A stretch of DNA of 63,445 nt from Pseudomonadota bacterium (GTDB lineage Bacteria > Pseudomonadota > Alphaproteobacteria > Caulobacterales > Caulobacteraceae): contig JAEYUE010000123.1 in NCBI GenBank assembly GCA_023433655.1, positions 1 to 63,445 on the forward strand, in the 5' to 3' direction. The translations under genes and the position numbers were made by a program. Positions 48,599 through 60,900 of this stretch are shown piece by piece; position 1 is the stretch's first letter; each line of letters starts with the position of its first letter. Below the pieces are notes generated by a model. It was not told the DNA's origin and made no database searches. It saw only the letters and a program-made list of their open reading frames with translations.

Positions 48599-50095
48599 TC
48601 AGTCTGCGTTTGCCAGCACCTTAACATCGCTAATATCAAGCATCAGGAGCTTTACTTTTAGATGCTGAAGAAGATTAACCTGGTTCTCCGTGAGCGCGTC
48701 TTTCTGCATTGCTTCAAGGAGCGCCAGCGCCTCCCCGCACAAATCGGGCGTTCGACATCTTTCCGGCTCTTCCAGAGCTAGACGGCTCTCCACCTGCTCC
48801 ATCGCCTTGTAAAAGTCGGCTGCGACGGTTCCATCGTACAACCGGGCATAGTTGAGGGTGGTATCAATATGCTTGTGTCCAAGAATGGCCTGCACAGACA
48901 AAATCGGCGCACCAGCATTGAGTAACAGTGTCGCGCAGCTGTGACGTAATTGATGTGGAGTAATCTTAACACCGCATCGATCACCGTAGGTAATGAGTCG
49001 CTGCTGACAGTAGTGCGTGCTGAGCGGTTCATGGCGATAGACAAACAGGGTTTCGGGCAAGGAACGATCCGTTCCCCGCACCTGGCGGTAGGCTTGCAGG
49101 GCATCCACGACGGCCTGGCTGAGATAGACGAAGCGGTCTTTCAGCCCTTTCGACTGGTCGATTCGCACTTTGCGACGCTGCCAGTCGATGTCTGCCTCTT
49201 TCAGTCGCCGCACTTCACCTGTTCGCAGTCCGGCATGCAGCATGAGCAGGAACCAGGCTTTGTCCATGATCCCCATTCGCTGGATGTGCGCCTCAGGCGA
49301 TTGGGCTTCCTTCTGGATTTCTCCATAAACCATCCGAAGCTGCTCGGGCGGTGCGTCGCGTGGTATGCGCGTACCCTCGTTAAGCGGATCTACCAGCAGC
49401 ATCCGGGCACATATTGGAACTCCGGCCTCATCTTGGTAGTTGAGAAAGCCTTGCAAGCGGCGCAGCTCATTGTTGACGGTGATCGGGTTCCGTCCAGCGG
49501 TGAGCCGCGTCTCCAGGTAGTCGAACCAAAGCTTGGGGGTTATATCTTCCAGACTATTGAGCGGCGTGTGAATAGCCATCCAACGCAGCGAAGCGGTCAG
49601 GTGGCTGAGTAGTTCAAGTGTGGAGCGGTAGTGCTGGTCGGGACGCCAACTTTTGCGGCGAAAGGCCAGGTAATCACGCAGTTGCTCCACCAGCCAGATG
49701 GGGAGGTGCTGAGTGTAGTGATCCCAGTTTACATCCTGGCCGGTTTTGGGCTTGCGGCGGTCCAGGAACTGTGCCAGCTTCAGCAATCCCTTGTGATATT
49801 CCCGCCGCGTGTTTTCGTTGGGATACCGCTCTTCGAGATAGACTCGCACCCGCTCCAGGTCTGCAATCGGGTCAATCTTCTTGTAGGGCTTGTCCAAATA
49901 GCCTAGCGCCAAACGTGCGGAAACCCGGTAGGTGTTGCGCGCCGACTCGCTGTACCCGCCTTCTTTGAGCCACTGGTAAAAGCGCTGGAAGAAACTCCGA
50001 TTGACGGATGGCCATGCGCTCATGGGTTTGATGTTCGGGTCGGCAGGCGGGGTATCCTTAAAGTGGAATCTACGTATTCCTTTACTTTTGGTCAT
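48599..50095 (-). CDS. Tyrosine recombinase (long, two N-terminal SAM-like domains)
   Basis: ATG 50095 after GGAGG; GLRTGE, SKG, HQLRH, LGH, LNY catalytic set. Confidence 0.93.
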   Translation of the reverse strand: MTKSKGIRRFHFKDTPPADPNIKPMSAWPSVNRSFFQRFYQWLKEGGYSESARNTYRVSARLALGYLDKPYKKIDPIADLERVRVYLEERYPNENTRREYHKGLLKLAQFLDRRKPKTGQDVNWDHYTQHLPIWLVEQLRDYLAFRRKSWRPDQHYRSTLELLSHLTASLRWMAIHTPLNSLEDITPKLWFDYLETRLTAGRNPITVNNELRRLQGFLNYQDEAGVPICARMLLVDPLNEGTRIPRDAPPEQLRMVYGEIQKEAQSPEAHIQRMGIMDKAWFLLMLHAGLRTGEVRRLKEADIDWQRRKVRIDQSKGLKDRFVYLSQAVVDALQAYRQVRGTDRSLPETLFVYRHEPLSTHYCQQRLITYGDRCGVKITPHQLRHSCATLLLNAGAPILSVQAILGHKHIDTTLNYARLYDGTVAADFYKAMEQVESRLALEEPERCRTPDLCGEALALLEAMQKDALTENQVNLLQHLKVKLLMLDISDVKVLANAD

Positions 50096-50099
50096 CGTC

Positions 50100-50981
50100 T
50101 TATCCCTCCAGCGGTAGTTGGTCAACCAATTTCCGCATGGCTGCTTCATAATCGGCCTGCACCTGCGGGTCGGAGATGTTCAGGTAGATCTCGGTGGTGG
50201 CCAGTTGACGGTGTCCTAACAGCTTTTGAATGGTGGTTACCGGCATGCGTGCTTCGACCATCTGGCGGCCAAAGGTATGGCGGAACTGGTGGCAGGTCAG
50301 CCACAGCCCGGCTTCTCGGCAGTAGCGCGCCAGGCGATCTTGAATACCGGTCACAGTGAGCCGCTTGCCAAACCGGTTGAGGAACACCGCCGGGTCATGG
50401 CTCTCCGGACGGACGACCAGCCAGGTTTTCAGCGCGGAAAGTGCCTGCGGCGAGAGATACACCACGCGTTGCGCACTGCCTTTGCCATGCAGCCACAGTC
50501 GGGGGAGCAAGTTTTGCGCGGGCTGCAGGTACAGGTCGGGAAGTGATAGGTTGCGTACCTCGCCTACTCTCAGACCGCACCGAAGCATTAAGACGAACAT
50601 CGCCCGGTCACGCGGAGAATGAATCACGGCAAACAGCTTTTCGAGTGCGTCATCCTGCACGTCGCGGGGCAAACGGGTGCCAAGGCGGATAAAGTGCCGC
50701 CGGGGCAGCACCGGATTGGACGGGGCAGAGGGCGATTCGACCGCCAGGAAGTGATAGAACGAGCGCAGCGCGTTCAGGCGGCGGTTGATGGTGGTCGATG
50801 CGTGCTGTTCTCCCTGGCAGTGTTCGATGAAGCGGTCGATATCGCGCACGGTAATTTCGCCCGGTGTCTTGCCGGACCAGGTGAAGAACAGTTGTAGATC
50901 GCTGATGTAGTGAATCGGGGTGCTGGCGTGAGGCGCTTTGCGCCGCAGCCATTTCTGAAAGGACTCGATTTCTGGTAACAT
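50100..50981 (-). CDS. Tyrosine recombinase (XerC/D-sized)
   Basis: ATG 50981 after AGGAGG; GLRVGE, GKG, HQFRH, LGH, EIY catalytic set. Confidence 0.93.
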   Translation of the reverse strand: MLPEIESFQKWLRRKAPHASTPIHYISDLQLFFTWSGKTPGEITVRDIDRFIEHCQGEQHASTTINRRLNALRSFYHFLAVESPSAPSNPVLPRRHFIRLGTRLPRDVQDDALEKLFAVIHSPRDRAMFVLMLRCGLRVGEVRNLSLPDLYLQPAQNLLPRLWLHGKGSAQRVVYLSPQALSALKTWLVVRPESHDPAVFLNRFGKRLTVTGIQDRLARYCREAGLWLTCHQFRHTFGRQMVEARMPVTTIQKLLGHRQLATTEIYLNISDPQVQADYEAAMRKLVDQLPLEG

Positions 50982-51121
50982 GGAACTACCTCCTGGTGGT
51001 GGGGCGAAACGTTGTTCGCCATGAATGGATGACAGAAACTTGGCCGGTTTCCTTCTCCAGAATACCACCAGGAGCGTTTTTTTTACGGGCTTTTTTTACC
51101 CGCTTTGGAACTTAATGTAAT

Positions 51122-51982
51122 GGTGACGTCAATGGGGATGGCTTCGGAGACGTCTTCGTCGGTGCGCCCAACGATGGAAACAATTTCGAAGGGAAGGTCT
51201 ATGTCTATTATGGCGCATTGACGGGCGACGGCGGGCTTAGCGCTACGCCCAGTTGGTCTGCCAGTGGCGGTCAAAATAACGCTTACTTTGGTTTATCGGC
51301 CAGTTCCGCTGGAGATGTAAACGGCGATCAGATTGACGATCTAATTGTCGGCGCGCCGAATGCCAGCACCGATTTGGCCGGTGAAGGGAAAGCTCACATA
51401 TTTTTCGGACATTCGGGCGGGCTTTTGCAGACTGCATCCTGGACGGTTGAAGGCGATCAACTGGACGCGCACTTTGGCGAATCAGTCAGCGGCGTCGGAA
51501 ATCTCAATGGGGATGGGCAGATGGATGTCGTTGTTGGTGCCCCAGACTACGATGACGGCAGCACGGCAGATGCGGGAGCGGCATTTGTTTATTTTGGCGT
51601 TTCAGGCAGCGGCCCAACGGCGCAACCAGGTTGGAGCGAGCGGGGCAGCCAGGCAGGGATGAACTTTGGTATATCTGTCACCGGGGCAGGAGACGTAGAT
51701 AATGACATGTTGGCGGATCTTCTGATCGGAGCCAACCGCTATAGCAATAGAGAAGAACATGAAGGCAGGGTGCTCCTCCACTTTGGATCGGCAGGAGGAA
51801 TTGACCCGAACCGGAGCTGGGCGATGGAAGGGGGGCAGGCTTTCGCAAATCTGGGCTATGCCATTAGCAAAGTGTTTGTTATCCAACCGGGCAGCGCAGG
51901 AGCAATCTTATTTGCCGCTCCGCAGATGGATAACAATGAGGCCGACGAAGGCCTGGTATTCTTCTATTCGGGTTTGCACTAA
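51122..51982 (+). pseudogene. Displaced 3' part of the SBBP/FG-GAP gene
   Basis: Open from GDVNGDGFGDVFVGAP to TAA 51982; further FG-GAP repeats; in frame with 44234-47158. Confidence 0.88.
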
Positions 51983-51993
51983 GAGAGCGCATC

Positions 51994-54900
51994 ATGAAAA
52001 GGCTTGCAATCATCGTCTTCTGCACCATCCTACTCACCAGCCTGTTGCCCTTGACCGCTCATGCAACAGCAGCAAACCTTCTTCAAACCCCGGCCAACGA
52101 TGAAATCAGCGGGGCAACCAGCATAACAGCCAGTGACCAGGCATATCAGCAAGACACCACCAATGCCACAACTGCGGCGGATGATCCCATGCTGCCATGT
52201 GGCGGCGGAACGCCAGGCCAGCAGTCGAATACGGTATGGTTTCGCTATACTGCAAGCCAGACAGAAACGCTTGTTGTCGATACCATGGGCAGCTCGTATA
52301 ACACCGTGCTGGCCGTCTGGACGGGTACGATCGGCGCTTTAACGGCTACCGCCTGCAATGATGACGCGAACGGCTGGAACACCTCGGCGCTCTCCTTCCC
52401 GGCAGTAGCCGGACAGCAGTACCTTATCGAAATCGCCCAATTGGGCAATCCAGCAGGTGGGAACCTTTCGCTGCGCTTGCGCAACAGCAGCGCAATCACG
52501 CCGGTCACCATTCAGAGCGTAGACGAGGATGGCAATCAGATTTCGAGCGGAGGTCAGGGCTCTTCGATCTCCGCAAATGGTCGTCTCGCGTTTAGTTCCA
52601 CCGGCGAAGGGCTGCCCAATTTCACATCAAATGGCTACCAGCAGATTTTTGTGAAAGATTTGCAGTCTCGTGTTGTTAATCCAATTAGCATAAATAGTGA
52701 CGAAGATTTGGGCAACGGCGATAGTTATTCTCCTTCCATTTCTGGGGATGGACTGTTAATCGTCTTTGAAACCTCGGCAGACAATTTGGATCCGAACGAC
52801 ACGAACAACGACATAGACGTTTACATTCACGATACCAACACCGATGAAACAACGTGGATATCCGTTTCCTCAAATGGTTTGAGCAGTGGGCACAGTCCAG
52901 TGATCTCCGCGAACGGGAATTTTGTTGCCTTTGTTTCGTCCAAGGATTTGACGGGTAACGGAAGCTCCCCTTACGAGAATATCTACCTTTACAGTGTCAC
53001 GGATAAATCCCTAAAGTGTCTAAGCCTTTCCCCAGCCCTATTATCGGCGGACGGCAACAGCCGAATGCCTGTCATATCATCCGACGGTACATATGTTGCA
53101 TTTGCTTCGGATGCGACGAACCTAGTCACCGGTGACACGAACGAAAAGGGAGACATCTTTTTACGTCACACATCCGGTAACTGGACCAAGCGAGCCAGCC
53201 TGGCCGATAATGAAGCGGAGCCGGATTGTGACAGCGCCCTTCCGGCTGTCTCAGACGACGGACGATATGTTGCATTCGAATCCGGAGCCACAAACCTCAT
53301 ATCCGGTTTGACTATTTATGATTCCTCCATTTATGTTCGTGACCTGCACAATGAGACTACTTGGCGGGTCGCCGTGGACTTGCGTGAATTTAGCATCAAT
53401 TACCCATGGGTGGACAGTTTTGCTTTGTCTCCCGATGGCAAGCACCTGGTATTCGCTTACGAATACGAGGATTTCTCTGGTAATTACGAAAGCCGCATTT
53501 ACCGGCATAATATAGATAGTGGCAAGACGGATATCCTTACCCTCCCCTCTCCTGGGTTAGATATCTATCAGGCCGCTGACCATGATTACTATTATTCCTC
53601 TATCGCCCTTTCCGCGGATGGAAGGTGGGTAACTTTTACGGGCGATGCAAGCAATCTTGTGCCCAATGACACAAATGGGGAAGAGGATGACATCTACCTG
53701 ATCGATCTCTTCGAGCCGATGATTTACCCGGCCGATCATCGTGCGCAAGCAGCCCCGCTCAATTCGGCCAATTACCGCTACCGGATGGATGTGCGATCCG
53801 CTTCTCCCTCGCCGGATGACCCGGCCTACACATGTAACGGCGCGCCCGGTTCGCATTCGAACAACGTTTGGTTCCGCTACCAGCCGACAGCGAATACCAA
53901 TACCTATATCAATACGCTGGGCAGTGATTATGATACCCAGCTCTCCATCTGGAAAGAATCGGGGGGCAACTTGACCCTCGAGAAGTGTAACGACGATATA
54001 GATAGTTGGGAGGCAGAACAGTCTGCATTGCAACATACGGTAACCGCGGGGGAAACATATTTCATTGAGGTTAGCCAAAAAGGCAGCCCTGCGGGTGGCT
54101 GGCTGACAATTCAACTGCTTGAGGAAATGGGAGGGCAGACCTTCGCATTAACCGATGGTATCAACGGCCAGCAGCCAGATGATTACAGTGCGAGCTCTCG
54201 TCTTTCCGGTGATGGGCGCTTTATCGCTTTTGAATCCGGCGCAACCAATCTTATCGATAATGACACGAATGGGTTCTCGGACATTTTTGTGCGCGGTTGG
54301 GACATCGACGAGGACACCGGTGAGAAAGTTTGGGAAACGACGCGCGTCAGCGTCAGCGAGGATGGCAATGAGGCAGATGACAGCAGCGGCAATCCTGCAA
54401 TATCTGCTAATGGCCGGTATGTTGCTTATGCTTCTTGCGCGACCAATCTCACTAAGAATGACCCTATTACTGATAATGACGACTGCAAAGAGGATGAGGA
54501 CGGCCTCATTGGGATCTGGGACATTTTTGTGACCGGTTGGCATATTGACGAAATAACCAGTGAGAAAATCTGGAAAACGACCCGCGTAAGCGTTGGCATG
54601 AATGAAATTGAGGCAAACGGAAACAGTAGAAATCCTGCTATCTCTGCAGACGGACGCTACATTGCCTTTGAATCGAGCGCTACGAATTTAGTGCCAAACG
54701 ACACCAATGAGCAGGATGACATTTTTGTATACGACCGCGAGACAGGAGGTACCACGCGGGTAAACATCAACACGAACGGTGATCAGGCGATTACATATGG
54801 ATCATACAATCCGGCAATCTCTGCGGATGGCCGCTTTGTGGTTTTTGATTCTTATACAGCGAACTTAGCAGGCAATGATAACTACCGGAAAAATGATGTT

Positions 54901-57900
54901 TTCTTGCACGATCGCGCAACCGGCCAGACGACACTAGTCAGCGTTGCGCTAGGTGGGCGGCAGACCAATGGATACAGTATAAATCCGGAAATCTCCGCCA
55001 ATGGGCGTTATATCGCTTTCGAGTCCTCCGCCAGCAACCTGGTTGCAGGGGACACGAACAGTGACACAGATGTGTTTGTGCGCGATCAGGTCACCGGCGT
55101 GGTCACGCGGGTCAGCGTGGGGAGCAATGGTCTCGAGGCCAACGACTACTCTGGCTCCCCCATCTCTTTATCCACGGATGGCCGGTATGTAGCTTTTGAG
55201 TCCAGTGCATACAACTTTATTCCGGGTGATGTCAACGATTATGACGATCTGTTCGTTCATGATCGCCAATCCAACTCGACATCGATTGCCAGCATATCCG
55301 GCTATGGTATGCGCACCACCTATGGTACCTATGACGGCGAAATTTCGGCGGATGGCCGCTATGCGGCTTTCACAGCCTGGAATAGTGGCCTATTCCCGAA
55401 CCGCACCACAGAGAACAGTGAAGTATTCCTCCATGAGATACAGGCGGGAATCCAAGATACGCCGGAGAACGATAACTTTTCAAATGCCACAGTTATCCAG
55501 GAGCTGCCATTCCTGGATTACAAAAACACATTGGATGCAACGGAAGAAGCAAGTGACCCGGTGTTCGCGTGCGGTGGAACCGCGCAGTCCTGGCCCAAAA
55601 CCGTTTGGTACCAATATACGGCCCAAACAACAGGGTACATTGCCGTCGACACCCAATTAGGGACGGATTACGAAACCTTGATTTCTGTTTGGACTGGCAG
55701 CCAGGGCAGCCTCAATCAGGTCGGCTGCAGGGCCTTCTCCTCAGCTTCCGGCCAGCCGCGACTGGCCTTCTCCGTAACTGCCGGGCAAACCTACTCCATC
55801 CTGGTGGCCAAGAGCGGAGGAGAAAATGACGGCGGGTTCCTGGCGCTGCGCGCCGAAGAAACGGATGCGCTCGTTGTTAGCCGATTAGAAATCACGGCCC
55901 CAGAAACTACGGATCGATCCATGCCGTTCCAATTCACCGTGACAGCGTACGATGAGACTGGCCAGAAAGTAACCAACTACAACGGAACAGTAACGTTCAG
56001 CAGCTCCGATCCGCGCGCCACTCTGCCTGGCAACTATACGTTCTTGACGGGCAGCGGCGAATATCGTACCTCCGCAATCTTTGAGACGCAGGGAGACCAT
56101 TCGATCACGGTAACCGACGTCAATAATCCCAACCTGACAGACCAGGTGACAATTACGGTTAGTGGTAATTTGCACGTTGGGGCGGGCGATATTTTCTATG
56201 CAGACCACTACCGTTACAAGCTGAATGCGGCCCTGCCAGCAGGGGCAACGACACTGCCCATCTCGGCAGCTGGTGCACTTTACCCCAATGATGAAGTGCT
56301 TATCCTGAACCTTACCGGGCCAGATCGGGGTCTTTATGAAACCGCCGTTGTTTCAACGGTCGGGCAAGCTTCGGTCGAACTAACCGCTGCTCTATCGCAT
56401 GGTTTTGATGGGATCAACAACAAGGTAATCATCCAGCGCGTGCCCCACTACGAGAACGTTGAAGTTAATTCGGGCGGACTGATCACTGCGCACCCATGGG
56501 ATGGGCAGACTGGCGGCGTGCTGCTTTTGCATAGCGAAAACATTACCGTCCATAGTGGTGGAAAGATCAGCGCCTCCGAACAGGGCTATATCTACCTGGA
56601 TGAAGAAGCCGACTATGCCGCATCCTCTAAAAATGGCGGCGGGTATGGGGGCTATGGCGGCGGAAGCCTGGGAGGCATCCCCGATGGATCCGTGACCATG
56701 CCAACCCTGCTTGGCTCATGCGGCGCTGCGTTCGGCGAATGCGATGGTATCGGAGGCGGTTTCATCTGGTTGGTGACAACCAGTACCATCACCAACGATG
56801 GGGTGATCGAGGCCAACGGAGAATCGTATGGCTACTACTACGGCAGCTTCTATGCAGGCAGCGGCGGCAGCCTGTGGTTAGAGACCGTCTCGCTGCAAGG
56901 GAGCGGCTTAATTCAGGCGAGCGGTGGCGGCAGCGAAAACGCAGACAACAGTGCGGGTGGCAGTGGCGGCCGAATTTCCCTCACCTTTGCCACAAAAGAT
57001 CCCAATCTCAATATTGAAGCCTTTGGCGGCCTTGCGGCGGCGGACGGTGGCCCCGGTACGATCTTCCTGACAAACAGCATGGCGAATACCACGCATTTGA
57101 AAGTGGATAACAATGACCGAATTAGCCCGCCGGCCGGCCTGACCAACCTGACCCAGGCCCCAGAAAGCTTCACCTTTGACCAAATCGAGCTGGTTCGCGG
57201 CGCAACCCTCGAACTGGTAGATTCCAATGATTCGATTGTGCTCACGGAAACCAACATGACCGGCGATGAGACCGGGCAGTTGATTTACCACGGCGCACTG
57301 GATTACGCATTTCCCAAGACCTATGGGTTTGGCTTTTACGTTCCGCAAGAAGCGACGATTAACCTGCCAGAGAACTTCACGGTAACCGGTAGTGGTCTAA
57401 CAATTTACGGGGCGATCGGCAAACTGCAGGGCGTAACTATGCAAAACCTGACCATCGCGGCAGGCAGCCAGCGGGCGAGCACAATGCTTCTGTCTGCCAC
57501 AGGCCATACGGCAGACCAGCCAGCGGGAGTATATGAATTTGGCCAGGTCCTAGTGGACGCTAATCAACTGCTGGAGCTGGCAGGGGACCCACAAAACGGG
57601 AAGGGTGTAGAGATTCATGCTTCCAGCATGAGCGTGGCAGGGCACCTTTCAGCGGACGGATTAGGCTTTACGGTTGTACATAATGGTCCAGGTGGATCAC
57701 CTAATGAGATCTGCGGAGCTTCTCACGGTGGAAAAGGTGGCGGGGATTGTAGAGAGGACCCAACCGAGGACCCAACCTACGACCCGACCTACGGCTCAAG
57801 AGAGTGGCCAGTGACTCTGGGCAGCGCGGCCGGCACTGACAGCTCCGACTCAGCCAACGGCGGCGGAGCCATCTGGCTGGTGATCGACGAAGACCTTAAC

Positions 57901-60900
57901 ATAGCGAGTGATGGCACCCTGAACCCGGATGGCTCTCTTAATGGAACTATCAGTGCCAACGGGATGCTCGGATACGACAGCGGTGCCGGAGGTAGCATTC
58001 TGCTGGAAAGCGGTTCCATAACGGGCAACGGTTTTATTCAAGCAAAAGGCGGAGGCAATAAAAATTACTACGTTAGCGGCGGCGGTGGCGGTCGAATCGC
58101 GGTCTACGCCGGCCTGCTTTCCGATACCGTCCAGTTTGATTACTCAGGCGGCTTAGCCCGTTTTGAAAGTAACTGTGGTTACGGAGGCACCTTCTTCACC
58201 AACCTGGTAGACCTGGAGAACTCAACCGTAGTCGTTTCGCCTGCTCCTCCTGCCTCGCTGATGGTGACAGAGATGGCCACACTGACAATCACAGTACTCA
58301 ACACGGCTGGGAGCCCCATCGTGGACTGGCCGGTCGATATTGAGGTGGGAGATGGCGATGCCATCATTATCAACGGCCAAACCATCACTCGTGCTGACGG
58401 CTTCTATGCTATTGGGAGAACGAATTCCGATGGCCAGGTAACCGTTCAATTTACCGCGCAGAAATCTGGCACGCACACTATTCGGGCACGGGTCCGATAT
58501 GTTACCCTGGTCCAGGAGGGAACGATCACCTTTACACCTGGCAGTATGTCGATTGACCATTCGGACATTTACGCTGACCCCGATCAGGCCTATGCCGATG
58601 GCGTGGATTCTATCAACGTATACGCAGTTGCCCGGGATAAATACTACAATCCCGTGGAAGGGGTAGAAGTAGAGTTCCGTATGAACGCCGTAAGCCAGGC
58701 TCAAATGGCTCCACTCACCGCCACAACAGACAGCCTGGGGCGGGCAAATACCTATCTTATCAACAATACGAATGAAATGGTCACTGTATCTGCTTATTTG
58801 AATGGTGACTATCTTGACGCCAAGCGTGTCACCTTCAGCGGCCTTGATCTTAAACTATACTTGACCGGACCCACCTCTGTCTCGGCTGGAGGTACGGCCA
58901 CGTATGAAGCGCGGATCATTAATACATCGACATCGACGGCTGAGAATGTGTCCTTCACCCTGGTTCTTCCTGATGGCACAAGCCTTGCCCACCACGATGC
59001 TGGCAGTGCACCTATTCAAAACGGCAGCCAGTACGACTGGAGCCTGGGGACACTCGAGGGCCAGCGCATAAAGATCTTCCACTTTACCCTGTTACTTAAT
59101 CAAAATTTGCAGCCAAGTTCCACGCTCAATTTTTCAACCACTATCACCACCACAACAGGTGACACTAATCCTGATAATAACAGCGTAGCCAGGACCATCA
59201 CGGTGGCGCAGGATTATGACTATACCGCATCCATAAACCCACCGGATGCCATACTCCGCACGGGCGGCAGTGTTGACTATAAAATTAAACTATTCAACAC
59301 TGGATCCAAACAGGATACCTATACATTCTCTCAGACCGGACTGGATTCTTCCTGGGTGACTCTGAGCAAGAGCGAAACAGCCTTGCAGCCAGGCGGGCAA
59401 GATGGAATCATGCTAACGGTGCAGCCTTCCGGCTGCCCAGGCTCCGCGAATATCCCGTTCACCGTGTCAGTTCTTTCAGCGGGCGGGAACAAACTCTCCG
59501 AACTTGCGGGTACTTTGTCCATCAATCAAACGCCGGACATTAAGCTCGATACACCGGCAAATGGAGCGACAATGGGTTCACAATCCCAGGTGATCTCCTG
59601 GCGCTCGAACCCTGCCACTTCTGGAACGCTGTACGTTTACCCATCGGCCAACCCTGACCAGGTCCAGGCTTTTCCATTTCTGTCTGGAACCAAGCAATCG
59701 ATTCAGGTAGACAACCTGATCCGTAACACGCAGTATCAATGGTACCTCGAAGCGACGTCTGCCTGCGGATCCGTCACCACCGGCGCCCGGTCGTTTACGG
59801 TTGGCAACGGTCTGGTGTTCGCTAACCGCTCGCAGAACGTAGAGATCCAGCGGGATTACAACCAGCGGGTGAAGATCGCCATTCGTAACGATGACGATAA
59901 GCCGCACGACCTGACGGCCAATGTGTCGAATCCCTACGAAGACCTGATCGTCAACTTTGTCGACAGCGGCAGCACCGACCAGACGATTCGCCTGAACCCC
60001 GGTGAAGTACGCGAGATCGACCTGGCGTTTCACGCTCAGGACACAACGGAGCAGGACTACTCGCTCACCGTTCACCTTATCGCGGATAAGGACACCGACA
60101 ATCCGATTGAAGATAATGCTTTGCTGAATGTTCACATTCTGCAAGACAATGACTTCTCCATTGTAGAAGATACCGGCGCATATGATCCAGCCTACCTGGG
60201 CAAAACCTATGTAATCACCAACAACGGGACAACCATTACCGACCTATCGGTCACGGCGCTTGACCCTGAGACACAAGAGCCGGCCCAGGTATTCGTCAGC
60301 CCGTCTATCAACCATGCCCGCCTGGAACAAGGTGAGACGCTACGCTTTACAGTTTATCCGGTCTTTACCGCGGACAACGTCTCCACCTCGCAAGGCTCAA
60401 TGGGCAGCGGACCGCACCTGGCGACATTGGCATTGCAGTCTTCCGGTGATATCGACTACGAACTGCTTACCCAGGCCGCAGACCGCCTTGAACGCACTCG
60501 GGGCAAAGCGGTCTGTGGCGAGGGCAGGCAAATCTATCCGGTGGTCATTCACAATAAGATAATGACCTGTACCTCTAAGGATTGGTACTGCACTAACCGG
60601 CCATCCATCCAGGTTCCCCTAACCACGCCGCCGAACATCTTCCCAGCCGATATCAGCAGTGCCTGGCTGAAAGTAACCTTCGAGCCGCACGGAAATATAT
60701 TAGACCATGATGGCCAGGTTCTTCTGAATAATACGCCAGTAGGCGGTTTTAGCGACACTGTTCCGCATGGATCGTATTACTATAGTGTGCCACCCTCTGC
60801 GATAAACAGCAGCATTGCTGGCCCGGCACTCCAGACCACCACACTGAACACACAGCACCCGAACGACGGGCATTACATCTCCAGCTCGGAGATCAAGCTT

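Larger units (their letters stand above)
47160..51122. mobile_element. Two-tyrosine-recombinase element carrying RHS core-toxin tip and candidate immunity gene
   Basis: Perfect IRs TTACATTAAGTT (47164-47175) and AACTTAATGTAA (51109-51120); TG at both junctions; removal restores the host reading frame. Confidence 0.9.

Noticed and set aside
48599..50981. Recombinases as chromosomal xerC/xerD, a prophage integrase or a standard RIT
   Set aside because: They lie inside a bounded insert that interrupts a gene, there are no phage genes, and there are two recombinases rather than three.
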